This document shows positions 10,312-21,693 of a DNA stretch of 64,000 nt, in pieces (positions within the stretch are counted from its first letter, which is position 1; each line of letters starts with the position of its first letter). The position numbers and the translations under genes were made by a program. The stretch spans positions 1 through 64,000 of the forward strand of contig CAWHCF010000035.1 of assembly GCA_963827655.1 (NCBI GenBank), written 5' to 3'. A model generated the notes under the pieces. It saw only the letters and a program-made list of their open reading frames with translations. It did no database searches and was not told where the DNA came from. This stretch comes from an uncultured Acidobacteriota bacterium. Its GTDB lineage: Bacteria > Acidobacteriota > UBA6911.

Positions 10312-12480
10312 TTATTCAGACGAATCCGTGAAATCCTTGAGTCCAACCTTACGCAGACCCTGTAAAAGCTGTTCCACAATCGACGTGTCCGCGAACCATT
10401 TTTCAGCATCTTCGCGGTAGTATTTCAGGTCGAGATATAGCGGTTGGTGCTTACGCACCAATTCGATGGCCGCGCGCGCCATTTCTTGGTGATTGAGCTG
10501 GCCACAGGCCGCGGCAATCCCCATTTGCGGCCAAGGGTCCTCGGGCATATTGATTTTCTTTACGACTTGTAACGCTGCTTGGTATTCGCCTTTGCGATAG
10601 TGATTGTAGAAATAAGGCAGATAACACCAGTCAGGGTAATGAGGGTTGAGTGCCATGGCACGCTGCACGAGGGCTAGGCCGCGCTCCCATTCGCCGGAGA
10701 AAGCGATCAGCAAACCCAAATACGCTCGAGTGTGGCTGTTGCGGGGATTGAGCGCCATCGCGCGCTCGGCGGCGTCACCAAACGCGGTATAGTCCTTTGC
10801 AAAGAAGTGCGCCTCAGCAAGCTGTTGCCATCCCAACTGACAGGCGGGATCGATGGTTACGGCACGCCAGGCAGCTTCGAGAGCGCGCTCCATTGGTCTT
10901 TCCAACGGATTTAGACGGTGCACATATTCCCAGCAGAATAGGTTGGAAAGGCACGCCCAGGCGTCTGCATGGTTGGGTTGGCGGTCGAGTACGCGCTCGA
11001 AGGCCGCACGGAGCCTGGCGTGCTCCTCAGCTTTGAGTTGCAAGACGTATGTGAACCACCGCGATACTAATTGCGATGCGCTCGCCTCTTCCAAGGGTTT
11101 TTCCCGGGTGGCAGTCGCCATGGTGCGGGCGATTACGCCGTGCCCACCCGCGACCGTCGCTACAATTCGGTCCGTCACATCGTCCAGGGTTTCAAATGGA
11201 CCGCCCGCACCGAGTTCGCGGTTGTAAGTCTCAGCCCAAAGCTGGACTCCGCTCGCGGCGTCCACGAGTTGCGCGTTGATGCGAAGAGCGCGTCCCCCTT
11301 TGCGAATGCTCCCTTCGACCACGTAGCGTGCGCCCAGTTCGCGGCCGACGGCACGAATATCTGTCGATCGGCTTTTGTAGGTCATCGCGGAGTTGTAGGC
11401 CACGACCCGGAGATACGGAAAGCGCGAGAGCGCGGCCGTTACGTCTTCGGTTAGCCCGTCCGCGAGCGATTCCAATTCCTTGTCGGACGCGGTGACCTTG
11501 AACGGTAAGACAGCAACCCAGAGCCCTTCTTCAGCGCGAGCGGCTTCCGCATCAGTAGTAGGGACGCCCCGTGGAGGGGAAGAGACTTGCCCCGTACCGA
11601 CGCTACGTTTGTACGCCAGCAAATCTGCGCGGATGCCTGCTGTGCTTTGATAGCGAAGATTGCGATCTTTCTGGAGTGCCAAGTTTACGATGCGTTCGAG
11701 TTCTAAGCCATCATACTCAACTAGGTGACGCAAAGGTTCTGGTGCACGGTTCAGGATTGCTTCCGCGACGACGCCGCTAGTGGCTCCTTTGAACGCCAAC
11801 TGACCAGTCGCCATTTCATAAAGAACTAGGCCAAACGAGAAGATGTCGGTTCGGGCATCCAAAACTTCTCCACGCACTTGCTCGGGTGACATGTAAGCCT
11901 TTGTGCCCATCACGACGCCAGGCATGGTGAGTTCGATTTCCGTTGGTCCACCAGTAGCATCGGCCGTTACCGTGACCTCATCGACCGGCTTCGGATTCAA
12001 TTTGGCCAGACCGAAATCCAAAATCTTGGCGTGGCCACGCTTAGTAACGAAAATATTCGCAGGCTTGATGTCGCGGTGCACGATTCCGAGCTGGTGTGCG
12101 GCATCCAAACCATCGGCGATCTCGGCACCCAAGTCCAAGACCTGCGCCAAAGAGAGCGGACCCCTGGCGATGCAGTCCTTCAACATGTGTCCGTCCAAAA
12201 ACTCCATGGCGATGAAGGGCCGGCTGTTTTCCTCGCCGATGTCGTAGATGGTGCAGATGTTCGGATGATTTAGAGCCGAAGCCGCCTCGGCTTCTCGGCG
12301 AAACCGTTCTAAGGCCGCCGGATCATGGGCTAACGCACCAGAGAGAAACTTAAGCGCCACCAAGCGGCGCAACCGGATGTCCTCCGCCTTGTGCACCACG
12401 CCCATGCCACCCCTGCCCAATTTCTCAAGGATGCGGTAGTGCGAAATCGTAACCCCGAGGAGCGCGTCAGGTCCTGCCAT
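10312..12480 (-). CDS. Hanks-type Ser/Thr kinase with TolB-like and TPR domains
   Basis: [33 protein letters not shown]; VAVLPF...YVVEGSIR; TPR-like C-terminus. Confidence 0.95.
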   Translation of the reverse strand: MAGPDALLGVTISHYRILEKLGRGGMGVVHKAEDIRLRRLVALKFLSGALAHDPAALERFRREAEAASALNHPNICTIYDIGEENSRPFIAMEFLDGHMLKDCIARGPLSLAQVLDLGAEIADGLDAAHQLGIVHRDIKPANIFVTKRGHAKILDFGLAKLNPKPVDEVTVTADATGGPTEIELTMPGVVMGTKAYMSPEQVRGEVLDARTDIFSFGLVLYEMATGQLAFKGATSGVVAEAILNRAPEPLRHLVEYDGLELERIVNLALQKDRNLRYQSTAGIRADLLAYKRSVGTGQVSSPPRGVPTTDAEAARAEEGLWVAVLPFKVTASDKELESLADGLTEDVTAALSRFPYLRVVAYNSAMTYKSRSTDIRAVGRELGARYVVEGSIRKGGRALRINAQLVDAASGVQLWAETYNRELGAGGPFETLDDVTDRIVATVAGGHGVIARTMATATREKPLEEASASQLVSRWFTYVLQLKAEEHARLRAAFERVLDRQPNHADAWACLSNLFCWEYVHRLNPLERPMERALEAAWRAVTIDPACQLGWQQLAEAHFFAKDYTAFGDAAERAMALNPRNSHTRAYLGLLIAFSGEWERGLALVQRAMALNPHYPDWCYLPYFYNHYRKGEYQAALQVVKKINMPEDPWPQMGIAAACGQLNHQEMARAAIELVRKHQPLYLDLKYYREDAEKWFADTSIVEQLLQGLRKVGLKDFTDSSE

Positions 12481-12575
12481 ATTTCAGCCAGCTATTTCCC
12501 TTGACAGCTCTGCCCGGCCTGTTCCGCCACCATGTACGCGGCGTACCAGTCGGGCCGATTCTTGTAGTGTTTGAT

Positions 12576-12971
12576 TTAGTTCGCCGGCACTAATATGGGA
12601 GCGCCTTTGTCTTTCACGAAGAACACGACGAGTTTAGCCGGTTTGGTTTGGCTCGCGTTCCGCCCAACGACGTGAACATCAGAGGGACCTTCATAGAAGG
12701 TCTGACCGGGTGTCAGAGTCACTTCCTTCCCGCCCCTCACCTGCATCACGACCGAGCCTTCCAGCACATAAATGAACCCATGTGCATTGTGGCGATGTAC
12801 TGGATCCGTGTTGCCCGGCGGATACTCCACGGTGATCATCACACCTTCCTTGCCAGGAAACTCCGTCAGGTCTTTCGACAGCAGCGGCGTCACCTTCGCC
12901 TCTTTAGTCTCCTGCGGGATGGACACAAGACATACCAGCATCACGACCAGTTTTGTAATCGTCATAAGCAA
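12576..12971 (-). CDS. Cupin-domain protein (paralog of 5537..5929)
   Basis: Near-identical HRHNAHGFIYVLEGSVVMQV...LTPGQTFYEG. Confidence 0.9.
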   Translation of the reverse strand: MLMTITKLVVMLVCLVSIPQETKEAKVTPLLSKDLTEFPGKEGVMITVEYPPGNTDPVHRHNAHGFIYVLEGSVVMQVRGGKEVTLTPGQTFYEGPSDVHVVGRNASQTKPAKLVVFFVKDKGAPILVPAN

Positions 12972-13067
12972 ACCTTTCGTTTGAACGGGACCACTAAGAT
13001 TTCATTGCTTATATGAGTCAGCTTCAGTTACGCGTAGCAGCCCAACCGGTCTCTGTTTACAACTCCA

Positions 13068-13838
13068 CTAGTGAGCGGCTGCCTCCATTTTCGCTGCGGG
13101 CTGAGTGAGCCAGGTTTCGAAACGCGTTTCGCCAAGTCGCGCACCCTTGCCGGGGACTAGCGTTCGCTCATCGACCTGCACGCCGGAGTATCGCGCGTTC
13201 GGGTCGGTGATGACCTCCCGAGGGTCATTGAGCTGGGCCAAGCGCCGGCGTATCAGTTCATCCAGGCGAAACGGTTCCGGCCCTGCAATTTCGACCGTGC
13301 CATTCACCGGCGCTTCTACTGCGACTCTGCCCACGGCACTCGCCACATCGTCGGCCGCCATCGGCTGGAAAGGCATGGGCGGCAAATGCACCTTGCCGCC
13401 CTTCATGGAAATGTCGGCAATGCCCTTGAGGAATTCAAAGAACTGCGTCGCCTGGACGATGGAGTAAGGAATCGTTGAATTCTTGATCAGCTTCTCCTGC
13501 GCGATCTTCGCGCGGAAATAGCCGCTTTCGTACAGCCGTTCAGTGCCGACCACCGATAATGCGACGAAGTGCTTTACGCCTGCGGCCGCGCCGTACTTGA
13601 GGAGATTGCGGGTCGACGTTTCAAAGAAACTTAGTGCCGCCGAATCTTCCCAAGAGGGAGAGTTCGATACGTCGACGACCACCGAAGCACCTTCCAGAAC
13701 TTCGGCCAGTCCCTCGCCCGTGAGGGTGTTTACGCCGGATTTGGGGGATGCTGCGATTGCTTCGTGGCCGTGCTCGCGCAACTTGGGTACGAGCTTTGAC
13801 CCGATGAATCCACTGCCACCGATCACTACGATTTTCAT
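13068..13838 (-). CDS. NmrA-like/atypical SDR (paralog of 6088..7203, no Rieske domain)
   Basis: MKIVVIGGSGFIGSKLV, GYFRAKIAQEKLIK. GAGG RBS before ATG at 13838. Confidence 0.9.
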   Translation of the reverse strand: MKIVVIGGSGFIGSKLVPKLREHGHEAIAASPKSGVNTLTGEGLAEVLEGASVVVDVSNSPSWEDSAALSFFETSTRNLLKYGAAAGVKHFVALSVVGTERLYESGYFRAKIAQEKLIKNSTIPYSIVQATQFFEFLKGIADISMKGGKVHLPPMPFQPMAADDVASAVGRVAVEAPVNGTVEIAGPEPFRLDELIRRRLAQLNDPREVITDPNARYSGVQVDERTLVPGKGARLGETRFETWLTQPAAKMEAAAH

Positions 13839-14157
13839 GGTTGCCACCTCTGTTTTCCATGTACCTCCCTTCGTGTCTTCTGTCAAGCGAACAAATACGA
13901 TACGAACAAATACGATTCCTTAAAGTCCTGGTAAGTCCGCTAACCGGACAAGTGCCCTCGCTGGTCGGAAACGTGGTTGCGCGAAGCGAAATACAAGGCT
14001 CTGGATGTATTGTCGGCTAACCGGACACGATCCCGGTACACATCGCGGTCGACTTCCGGTCATTCGCTCGCGATGGGGTGAGGCTCTCGGTTTTCCACCA
14101 CTTTCTGGTAACGCGTATCCCATCTCATTCGCGTCTGCCACAGACCGCGGCATAGTC

Positions 14158-14405
14158 TCAGCGTTTAAATTTGCGCGGAACCACGGAGTTCCCTTGGAGA
14201 ATCTCGTCCCAGTCCAGCGACCTGCCGCCCGGCGGACGCGTACAGCATCGCAAGCGCCGATCCTCCTGCTTGAAATAATCCGGGTCGAGATAGATGTTCG
14301 GATCGACAGGCGATTGTGTCAACGTCTCTGGCGGCCCGAGGTAGAGGATCGCATCGGCGTCCTCTCCGGATGCCATGCTGATCAGTCCGTGGATCAGTTC
14401 GGCTA
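14158..14405 (-). pseudogene. C-terminal fragment of an uncharacterised protein
   Basis: DADAILYLGPPETLTQSPVDPNIYLDPDYF reads as protein-like. The 5' part is replaced by IS91-like DNA. Confidence 0.4.
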
Positions 14406-14484
14406 CTGAAGCAACCCCGGAGGCATTGCTGTGACTGGCGTCGCCTTCATTCTCTCGATCTGCTCTGGGTGGATAAGCGCCCGG

Positions 14485-14635
14485 GAGTGCGGCGTGCCGG
14501 GTGGACGCACCGGCAGCGTCACCGTGATGCAGCGCGCAGGCAGCGGGTGAACGTGAACCTGCACTCTCACACCCTCGCGCTGGACGGGGTGTCTCACCGA
14601 AGACCCCGGCGGCGCGCTGGCGTTTCATCCGACCG
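14485..14635 (+). mobile_element. IS91-family transposase internal fragment (HUH motif region)
   Basis: GRTGSVTVMQRAGSG followed, after a frameshift, by NVNLHSHTLALDGV. Matches the family pattern G-x-V-T-x-I-Q-R-F-G-S...N-x-H-x-H...DGV. Confidence 0.75.
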
Positions 14636-14695
14636 GGGCCGCTTTGCGACCCCGGTCTGGTGCGGCGCCTGGTTCGGCCCTAACCCAACAAGCGG

Positions 14696-15607
14696 TCAGT
14701 GCTCCCAGTCGGCCGGTACAAAACGAAAGACGTTGCCGGCGACCGCCACCCGGCCGACGGACGGGAACGACAGGTGAGCGGCCGCCAGCGGCTCGCCGGT
14801 CGCCGCCAGCTCCCGCAAGAGACGGACCCGGACGCGGACCGCCTCCTCGGGGTCGTGGTCGAAAGCGTTGTACCAGTCGGGGCGGTCGAAATGGTCCGGG
14901 AACACGGCATCGCCGAGGAACGTCAGCCGGTCGCCGCCGGACGCCAGCCGGACCACGCTGTGCCCGGGGGTGTGGCCGCCGGCGCGATAGACGACCACCC
15001 CCGGCGCCACCTCGTGCTCCGCCTCGAACAGCCGCAGCTGGCTGCGGTACTTGTCCACGAACCGCTCTTCGGCCGACCGAAGCACGTCCGGCATCCCCGC
15101 AAAAGAGTTGCGGGAGAAATCGGGCGACGCCCAGAACTCGACCTCGGCGGCCGCCAGGTGGATCGGCACGTCCGGACGCAGCCGGCCCCTCAGCCCGTCG
15201 GCGAGCAGCCCGCCAACGTGGTCCACGTGCATGTGGGTAATCACCACGTCGGTCACGGATGCGGGATCGATGCCGGCGGCGTCCAGTCGCATGGCCAACC
15301 GCCCGACCTGCGGGAAGTTCGGGAACTCCGCCCCTACCCCAGCGTCGATGAGTACGGTCCGGCCGCCGCTACGCACCACGACCACGTTCAGCGGCCACTT
15401 GTACACGTCCGGCGGCTGGAGCCTGTCGTCCAGCCAGGCCGCCAGTTCGGCCGGGTCGGCATTGGTGGCCAACGTCGTGGCTGGCAGCGGAAACACCCCA
15501 TCGCTGATCACCAGCACGTCAATCTCGCCGACCCGCAGCGCGTAGCGCGACGGAACCAACTCGTCGGTCCCCGGTCTAACGGGGTGTGAGGTCTTGTCCA
15601 AGCTCAT
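14696..15607 (-). CDS. MBL-fold metallo-hydrolase (methyl-parathion hydrolase/AHL-lactonase-like)
   Basis: THMHVDHVGG, GHTPGH, GDA, AHLSFP. AGGAGA RBS before ATG at 15607. Confidence 0.92.
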   Translation of the reverse strand: MSLDKTSHPVRPGTDELVPSRYALRVGEIDVLVISDGVFPLPATTLATNADPAELAAWLDDRLQPPDVYKWPLNVVVVRSGGRTVLIDAGVGAEFPNFPQVGRLAMRLDAAGIDPASVTDVVITHMHVDHVGGLLADGLRGRLRPDVPIHLAAAEVEFWASPDFSRNSFAGMPDVLRSAEERFVDKYRSQLRLFEAEHEVAPGVVVYRAGGHTPGHSVVRLASGGDRLTFLGDAVFPDHFDRPDWYNAFDHDPEEAVRVRVRLLRELAATGEPLAAAHLSFPSVGRVAVAGNVFRFVPADWEH

Positions 15608-16517
15608 GGTTGTCTCCTTCTCCTGACCGCTGTTGGTGATCACGATATTCCTTCCGCTTCGCGGGAGGGGAGAGGCGCACCGCCTCGGCTTCGTCTGACC
15701 AGTCCGTAGCTCTCGGGCACCGACGGTGCCGAGCACAGCGCGTTGACGTGAGCGGCAGACGGAGTCATAGAAGCCCTCCGGTCGAGCACACCCTTCCACG
15801 AGGGCAGCGACCTGTCAAGTGGGATAAGAGAAACAAGCGGCCGTGGACGGCTCGGGGTTGCCGACCCGGGAGACGTTTCCAATGCACGGGCGTATAATCC
15901 GCAGAGTCGGACTCATCCAGGACCGAGGAACATCGCGCAAAGTTAACATAAAGAAGACTTCGTCAAGGCCGTTCGCGCGACCGAGAAAACGGCACTGGCC
16001 CAGCGCGGCTGGCGGGTGCTTCTGCTCACCCCCGGAGCGCTCGAGGACTCCTTCTACCGAATCCAGGATGGGTTCGAGCACGATCGATCCACGGATCTCC
16101 TCTGGGGCTTGGAGGAGGGTGGATTCCTCCATGCATTGCTGGCCACCGAGGAGCGGCCCTCAGTGGTGCGGCTTCAACCGGGGATCCAGGTGGTCCTTCC
16201 CTGCCACCGCCTGGGACTCTACGGCCCGGGTCCCGACTGGGAACGGGAGCTTCGGCGGGAATTTTCGACACCTCCGCGCGAAGGCGCTGACGGTCTCCTT
16301 GTTCTGCTCTGGCGTGGGCATGCACGCCTCCTCACTCTCGGCGCCGGCACTTAGCGCGGGCACCCGAGCGTACCCGGGTGCCGAACGACGCGTCCAAGTC
16401 GGCGCTGCCACACTCGGGCACCACGGCAGGTCCCTCATGCTCGGCGGACGTTGACGCCGCTCGTCGAGGTTTGGGCTGGCGTTGCCAGCGGGTCGGTCAG
16501 CCCGGCTTGCTTGCTGG

Positions 16518-17810
16518 TCAGGTCGAGACCGTAGAAGGGGGTGGGCGGAGGTCGGCGGGTACGTGGGCGGCAATGGTGGCGGTGATCGTGGCCGCGCGCT
16601 GGTGGGCTTGGTGCACGGCCTCGGGGGCGCCGTGGGTGATCTCGGCGCACCGTTGCGTGAGGAGCGCCATTCGTTCGTGGAGCAGGGCCCATGCGGGTTC
16701 GCGCCAGGGAACCATGTTGCCCAGGACGTAGTAGACCTCGAAGGTGAACCCTGCCGTGCTGCCTTGATGGGGCGGTCCGGCGGGCAGGGTGGTGAGCGTG
16801 GTCGCCAGCGGCCGCAGCACCCCGCCCATCATGCTGATCGCCGCGCCGATGAGCGTGGACAGCTGCTGTTCGGTCTCGTCGGTGTGGGTGAAGAACCGGT
16901 TCAGCAGCAGCAGCACCAGTTCGTAGGCCATCGCCGCCAGTTCGGCCACCTGGTGGGTCAGCGGATCGGTGATGATCGGCTGGGGCGCAGCGATGCCGAA
17001 GGGCTGGCGGGTGTAGACGGGCAGGACCGGGCGGGCAGGCTCGAACGACGGATCACGCTGCCGCAGGTCGTGGTACTCCTGCCACATGGTGAGGAACCTG
17101 CCGTAGTGCGCCGTGCGCCAGTCCCCCCGCGCACCCTCCCCCTGTTCGATGATCTCCTCCACAGCCGCCAGCGCCGAGGCCAGATCGGTGACCGCGATCA
17201 GCTGCGGCCAGTGGAGCAGTTCCGGGGTGGCCTGGGCGCGAGGCGACCCGACGAACACCGCCCGCTCCCCCACTCTGGCGGTCAGGCCGCGCAGGCCATC
17301 GGCGATGCCCCGGTACAGGTGGCCGATGGTGGCGAACTCCTGCCCGCGAGGCAGCGCCTCATCGGCTTGCACCGGCTCACGCGGCGGCGCGACCGGCACG
17401 AAGCCCTGCGCGTCCTGGAGTTCCATGCCCTCGGGACGCTCCAGGTAGAGGAAGTGGCGCAGCGCCTGCTCCCCGAACGGCAGCAGGTCCAGCAGCACCC
17501 CAGAGGGAAAGTACCCAGACCGTTGCGGGAAGTTGGGCCGGCCGAAGACCGGGGCCGCGCCGATCGCCGTCATCAGGTTTGCCACCAGCGTCAGGTGCAG
17601 CATCTCCTCCACCGCGATGCCGTGGAGCGTCTTGCGCCACCGCGTGACTGCCTCGGCCTGCTCGGCGGTCAAGCCATCGCTCGTGCCGTTCTTGAGGCTG
17701 AACTCCGCGAACAGGTACTGACACATGATCATGTGTTCGAGCTGCGCGGCCTCGGCGAGCAGCCACCACAGGTGCTCCCGATGCGCCACCACGATCCTGG
17801 GTTCGGTCAT
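16518..17810 (-). CDS. Ferritin-like domain protein (VioB-related ferritin-like family)
   Basis: EAAQLEHMIMCQYLFA, IAVEEMLHL, FATIGHLY, IIEQGEG, AHYGRF. Confidence 0.85.
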   Translation of the reverse strand: MTEPRIVVAHREHLWWLLAEAAQLEHMIMCQYLFAEFSLKNGTSDGLTAEQAEAVTRWRKTLHGIAVEEMLHLTLVANLMTAIGAAPVFGRPNFPQRSGYFPSGVLLDLLPFGEQALRHFLYLERPEGMELQDAQGFVPVAPPREPVQADEALPRGQEFATIGHLYRGIADGLRGLTARVGERAVFVGSPRAQATPELLHWPQLIAVTDLASALAAVEEIIEQGEGARGDWRTAHYGRFLTMWQEYHDLRQRDPSFEPARPVLPVYTRQPFGIAAPQPIITDPLTHQVAELAAMAYELVLLLLNRFFTHTDETEQQLSTLIGAAISMMGGVLRPLATTLTTLPAGPPHQGSTAGFTFEVYYVLGNMVPWREPAWALLHERMALLTQRCAEITHGAPEAVHQAHQRAATITATIAAHVPADLRPPPSTVST

Positions 17811-18344
17811 GCACCCACTCTCCGACAGATGCGTGGATGGTGACAAGCTTGGCTTTCTTCCGGCCAGCAGCTTGACCTTTGACCCGCAAGAGCGCACCCT
17901 GAACGACGCCTGCTCGGTCCCTGAGACCGTCGAAGAGCTGGGCCCATCAGGATCAGGGCCTGGAAAGCCGCAGCCAAGCCCAGTGATAAAGAACTCCCTT
18001 TATGGACGCGCACAAGCTAGAGAGACAAGCGCTTCGTGTCAAGGCAAAAGAGACCACAGGATACGGCGGTTACGGGAAAGGAACTCCAAGATATGAGGGT
18101 GGGAGGAGATGGGCGTCCGGAGGGTAATAGGAGCCGTCGGCGGAGGGTAGCTCTCAGGGTGTGGCAGCGGACGTCCCAGCCGTACTTCCGAACTGCGCGA
18201 GTGGGAGCCGAGGCGGCTGCTCGCCTGGCTGCGCCGCGCGGGACGACCGGCGCCGCCGGAGCCGGAAATCCCCGGGTGGTCTTCGCGTTTCTTTGTCTCA
18301 CTCTTCGTGCCCCTGGTGGTGGCCGCTGTACCAACCAGGACTCG

Positions 18345-18570
18345 TTTTATGTACCAGTGCGCCTTCCTCAGCGGCGGCACGAATCTTTTCGTTGGCCGTG
18401 TTTCCTACGACGTTAATCCAAGGCTCCGAGTCGGCACCATTCTAACCAACGGAAGTCCTGACGGCATTCGCCGGAACAGGTTTGCCGGGTTCGACGGCGT
18501 CTGGCGTACTTCAGAGTTCCTCGGCGACAAGAATTTTCTGGTTGGGGCCTGGAGCGCCTTCAGCGCTGGT
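18345..18570 (+). pseudogene. Internal fragment of a DUF5916-like outer-membrane protein
   Basis: NLFVGRVSYDV...RVGTILTNGSPDG...FDGVWRTSEFLGDKNF, with no start or end. Confidence 0.5.
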
Positions 18571-18767
18571 TGCAGTACGATAACGAATCACAGGACATCG
18601 GCAATAATATGCGCCTGCGCTGGACCTTTCGCAAGTAGTCAGGTTTCGTGTAGGAACTGTAGCGAAAAGTTCATAACCGAACATGTTGTCGTTCAGAACG
18701 GGCCTTCGTTCGGGGCGAAGTCCGCCTCGAACGAATCTTAGTGTCTTTCGAGTCTTGGTGGTATTTG

Positions 18768-20340
18768 TTAGAAGCCGGCCGCGCTTGATTCCGGCGTCGT
18801 GTTGGGCGCGAACTCGGTGAGTTCCAAGTCCTGCGGCTGATTCTCACGTAACGGCAGGGTGATGGTGAACTCGGCCCCTTTGCCTTCTCCCTCGCTATGG
18901 GCGCGAATTGTCCCTCCGTGGAGTTCGACCAGATGCCGCACGATTGCCAATCCCAGACCCAGGCCGCTCCGAAACGAAGATCCGTCGCCTTGGCGAAACG
19001 CCTCGAAGAGGTGTGGCAGCAACTTCGGAGAGATTCCCTTTCCTGTATCACTTACCCGAATCTCGACGGTGGAAGATATCTGCCGGGCATTGAGGACGAC
19101 GCGCCCTCCGGCCGGGGTGAATTTGATCGAGTTTCCCAACAGGTTGCAGATCACCTGGTGGAGACGCTGCCCGTCACCTGAGACTAGCGGCAGTTCGGCG
19201 TCGAGCTGAAGCTCGAGCGCAACACCTTTTGCTTCTGCTGCCAGCCGAAGACTTTCAACCGCAGTGGCGACAACGTGCGGAATGTGCACCGACTCGGTCT
19301 CGAGCCTGAGCTTGCCGCTGACTATTCGTGACAAGTCGATCAGATCGTCAATGAGCTTTGCCTGATGTCTTCGCATTCCGCTCAACGATTTCGAGGGCTC
19401 GTCGAGTGGCCGAAGGGTCGCGCTGCGCGATCCGCGCCCATCCCAGGATGGCGTTCAGCGGGGTGCGCAGCTCGTGCGACACCATGGCCAGGAATTCATC
19501 CTTCGCCCGGTCGGCCTCCTTTAGCAGCTCTTCCTGCCGCTTGCGCTCGGTGATGTCGCGCGCCACCTTTGACGCCCCGATGATCTGCCCCGCGGCGTTC
19601 TTGATGGGCGAGACCGTAAGTGAGATGTTGATCATCCGCCCATCCTTCGTCTTCCGTACTGTTTCAAAGTGATCGACTTTCTCGCCGCGGCCAACCCGGG
19701 CGAGAACTTCGTCTTCTTCACCTCGTCGTTCGGGCGGGATTATAAAGGTGATATGCTGTCCCACCGCCTCCGCTGCCTTGTACCCGAATATCTCCTCCGC
19801 GCCCCGATTCCAGGCCGTGATGATGCCGTCCAGCGTCTTGGCCACAATCGCGTCGTCGGATGACTCAACGATCGCCGCCAGCCGGGCCGACGCTTCCTCG
19901 CGCCGCTTGCTGTCGCTGATGTCGATAACGACGTTTACCGCCCCGAGAAGCTCACCCGAGTCGTTGTGGATCGGGGTTACGTGGACGAGCACCGTCATGC
20001 GCTTTCCGTCCGGACGCTCGACCACGATCTCGTACCCGTTGTATTCCGAATCCGTCTGCAGGGCCCGCGCCATCCAACATTGATCGTGGGGTATCGGCGA
20101 ACCGTCGGGGGAAAAAAGCTTGAACGAGCCACAGAACCGGTCCGCAGGATCATTCAGTCTCGGTGCACGCCCCCAAAGTTCGACGGCGTGCTGGTTGAAG
20201 TAAGTGATCAGTCCTTCGGCATCACAGATGTAGGCTCCGGCGGGGAGCCTCTCCAGCAAGTGCTGGAACTTCGCTTCAGCCCTCTTCTGGGCTGATTCGT
20301 CCTGCGCTTCCTTCGCTGAAGGTCTTCTTTTGTGCGCACG
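18768..20340 (-). CDS. PAS-PAS sensor histidine kinase (frameshifts near 19370 and 20280)
   Basis: Two PAS domains, KDEFLAMVSHELRTPLNAI, NLLGNSIKFT, DTGKGI, GLGLGL, GKGAEF. Confidence 0.9.
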
Positions 20341-20794
20341 TCACCCCGCTTTTCTGTCCGATAGTTTTTTCTGCCGTTATGGCGTTTGAAGATGTTCGAG
20401 CGCGGGAATCATCGCGGCGGAGCGATTGAGCTCTCGGCGTTCGATCATCCAAGCCGGCGCACTGCTTCTGATCAGCGCCCGCTTTCCCTGAGGGGCAGGC
20501 AAAGTATAAGGGGGGTTCGGGACGAAAGCAACCGATGGTCTGCCGAAGGTTCCTGGAGTGCGAGCTAGCTTGCGTACGGCGGCTTGCTACCGCCCTCAGG
20601 AAACGGACCTTGATTGACGAAATTCGGCTTCTGTATTGGAGAATTAAGCCAAATTGTGAACTTCCTGTGCATGATTTCCGTTTGTCTACCAAGTTCCGTT
20701 CATCGGATAGCTGATGAAGCCAAAAATGAACTTCGTCGCATGACGTTCGTTTAGTAATACGGTTTCTCTCATCGGATCGCATGAGGAGAAAGAA

Positions 20795-21586
20795 ATGAAG
20801 ATTAAGCGTCTGGCTTCTCTCTGGTTTTTGACTCTCAGTGGTTGCCTGGTCTCGTCGGCTGCGGAGACGCTGCTGACGAAACGTGAGACCTTCGCTGCCG
20901 CCGGAGTTACGAACGCTCGGATCGAGGCAGGGGCGGGAAGCCTGACGATTACGGGGCGTCAGGGGGCTTCGACGATCGAAGTCGTGGCGGACTATAAAGG
21001 TCCGGCTGCTTCCGAACAGAGGAAACGCGAGATCATCGATAATCTGAGACTGTCGATGGAGGTTCGCAACGGAACCTTTCATCTCAAGAGCGAGAATGTA
21101 CAGACATCCAACTGGATGAATCACGCCTGGATCGACCTTCACATAACAGTCCCCGCCGAGCTCTCCCTGAAAATCGACGACGGTTCCGGTTCGATGTCTG
21201 TCACCGGAATCGGCGGAGACGTGACGATCGATGACGGTTCGGGAGAAATCGAGGCCGAGCGCATCCAGGGCAACCTTAGTATTGAGGATGGCTCCGGCTC
21301 TATTCGGGTTCGCGAGGTAGGAAGAAACCTCCAGATCAGGGACGGTTCAGGCGGGATCAGCGTCGAACATGTGGGCGGGGACGTGCAGATCCACGACGGC
21401 TCGGGGTCTATCGAGGTTATGGATGTGACTGGAAGTCTTATTGTGCCCGAGCACGGGTCCGGCTCGCTTCACCACCAACAAGTCCGGGGAAGCGTCCAGG
21501 TGCCCTCGCGACGGGGCAGATCATGGCTTGGTGTCTTCTTCGTGTTCTTCGCGTCTTCGTGGTATCTGTTGCTAGAAGCACGGTGA
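20795..21586 (+). CDS. DUF4097-like beta-strand repeat exported protein
   Basis: Signal peptide and repeated I-x-DGSGSI units. Confidence 0.85.
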   Translation: MKIKRLASLWFLTLSGCLVSSAAETLLTKRETFAAAGVTNARIEAGAGSLTITGRQGASTIEVVADYKGPAASEQRKREIIDNLRLSMEVRNGTFHLKSENVQTSNWMNHAWIDLHITVPAELSLKIDDGSGSMSVTGIGGDVTIDDGSGEIEAERIQGNLSIEDGSGSIRVREVGRNLQIRDGSGGISVEHVGGDVQIHDGSGSIEVMDVTGSLIVPEHGSGSLHHQQVRGSVQVPSRRGRSWLGVFFVFFASSWYLLLEAR

Positions 21587-21693
21587 TCGAACGACATGTT
21601 GTCTTCAAGGGGCACTTCGTTCGGGGAGCCCCGATGGAACCTTAGCGTCTGGCGTAGGTTAGTGTCATTTGATGGTGTCTTAGAGGTTAGGCG

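Noticed and set aside
13890-14030. Short repeats acaaatacgat (x2) and gctaaccggaca (x2)
   Set aside because: Possible recombination or operator sites, but too short and with no cognate gene nearby.
16482-17843. 453-aa plus-strand ORF
   Set aside because: Antisense to the ferritin-like gene.
20276-21142. 288-aa minus-strand ORF
   Set aside because: Mostly antisense to the DUF4097 gene and intergenic DNA. Only the last codons may belong to the kinase start.
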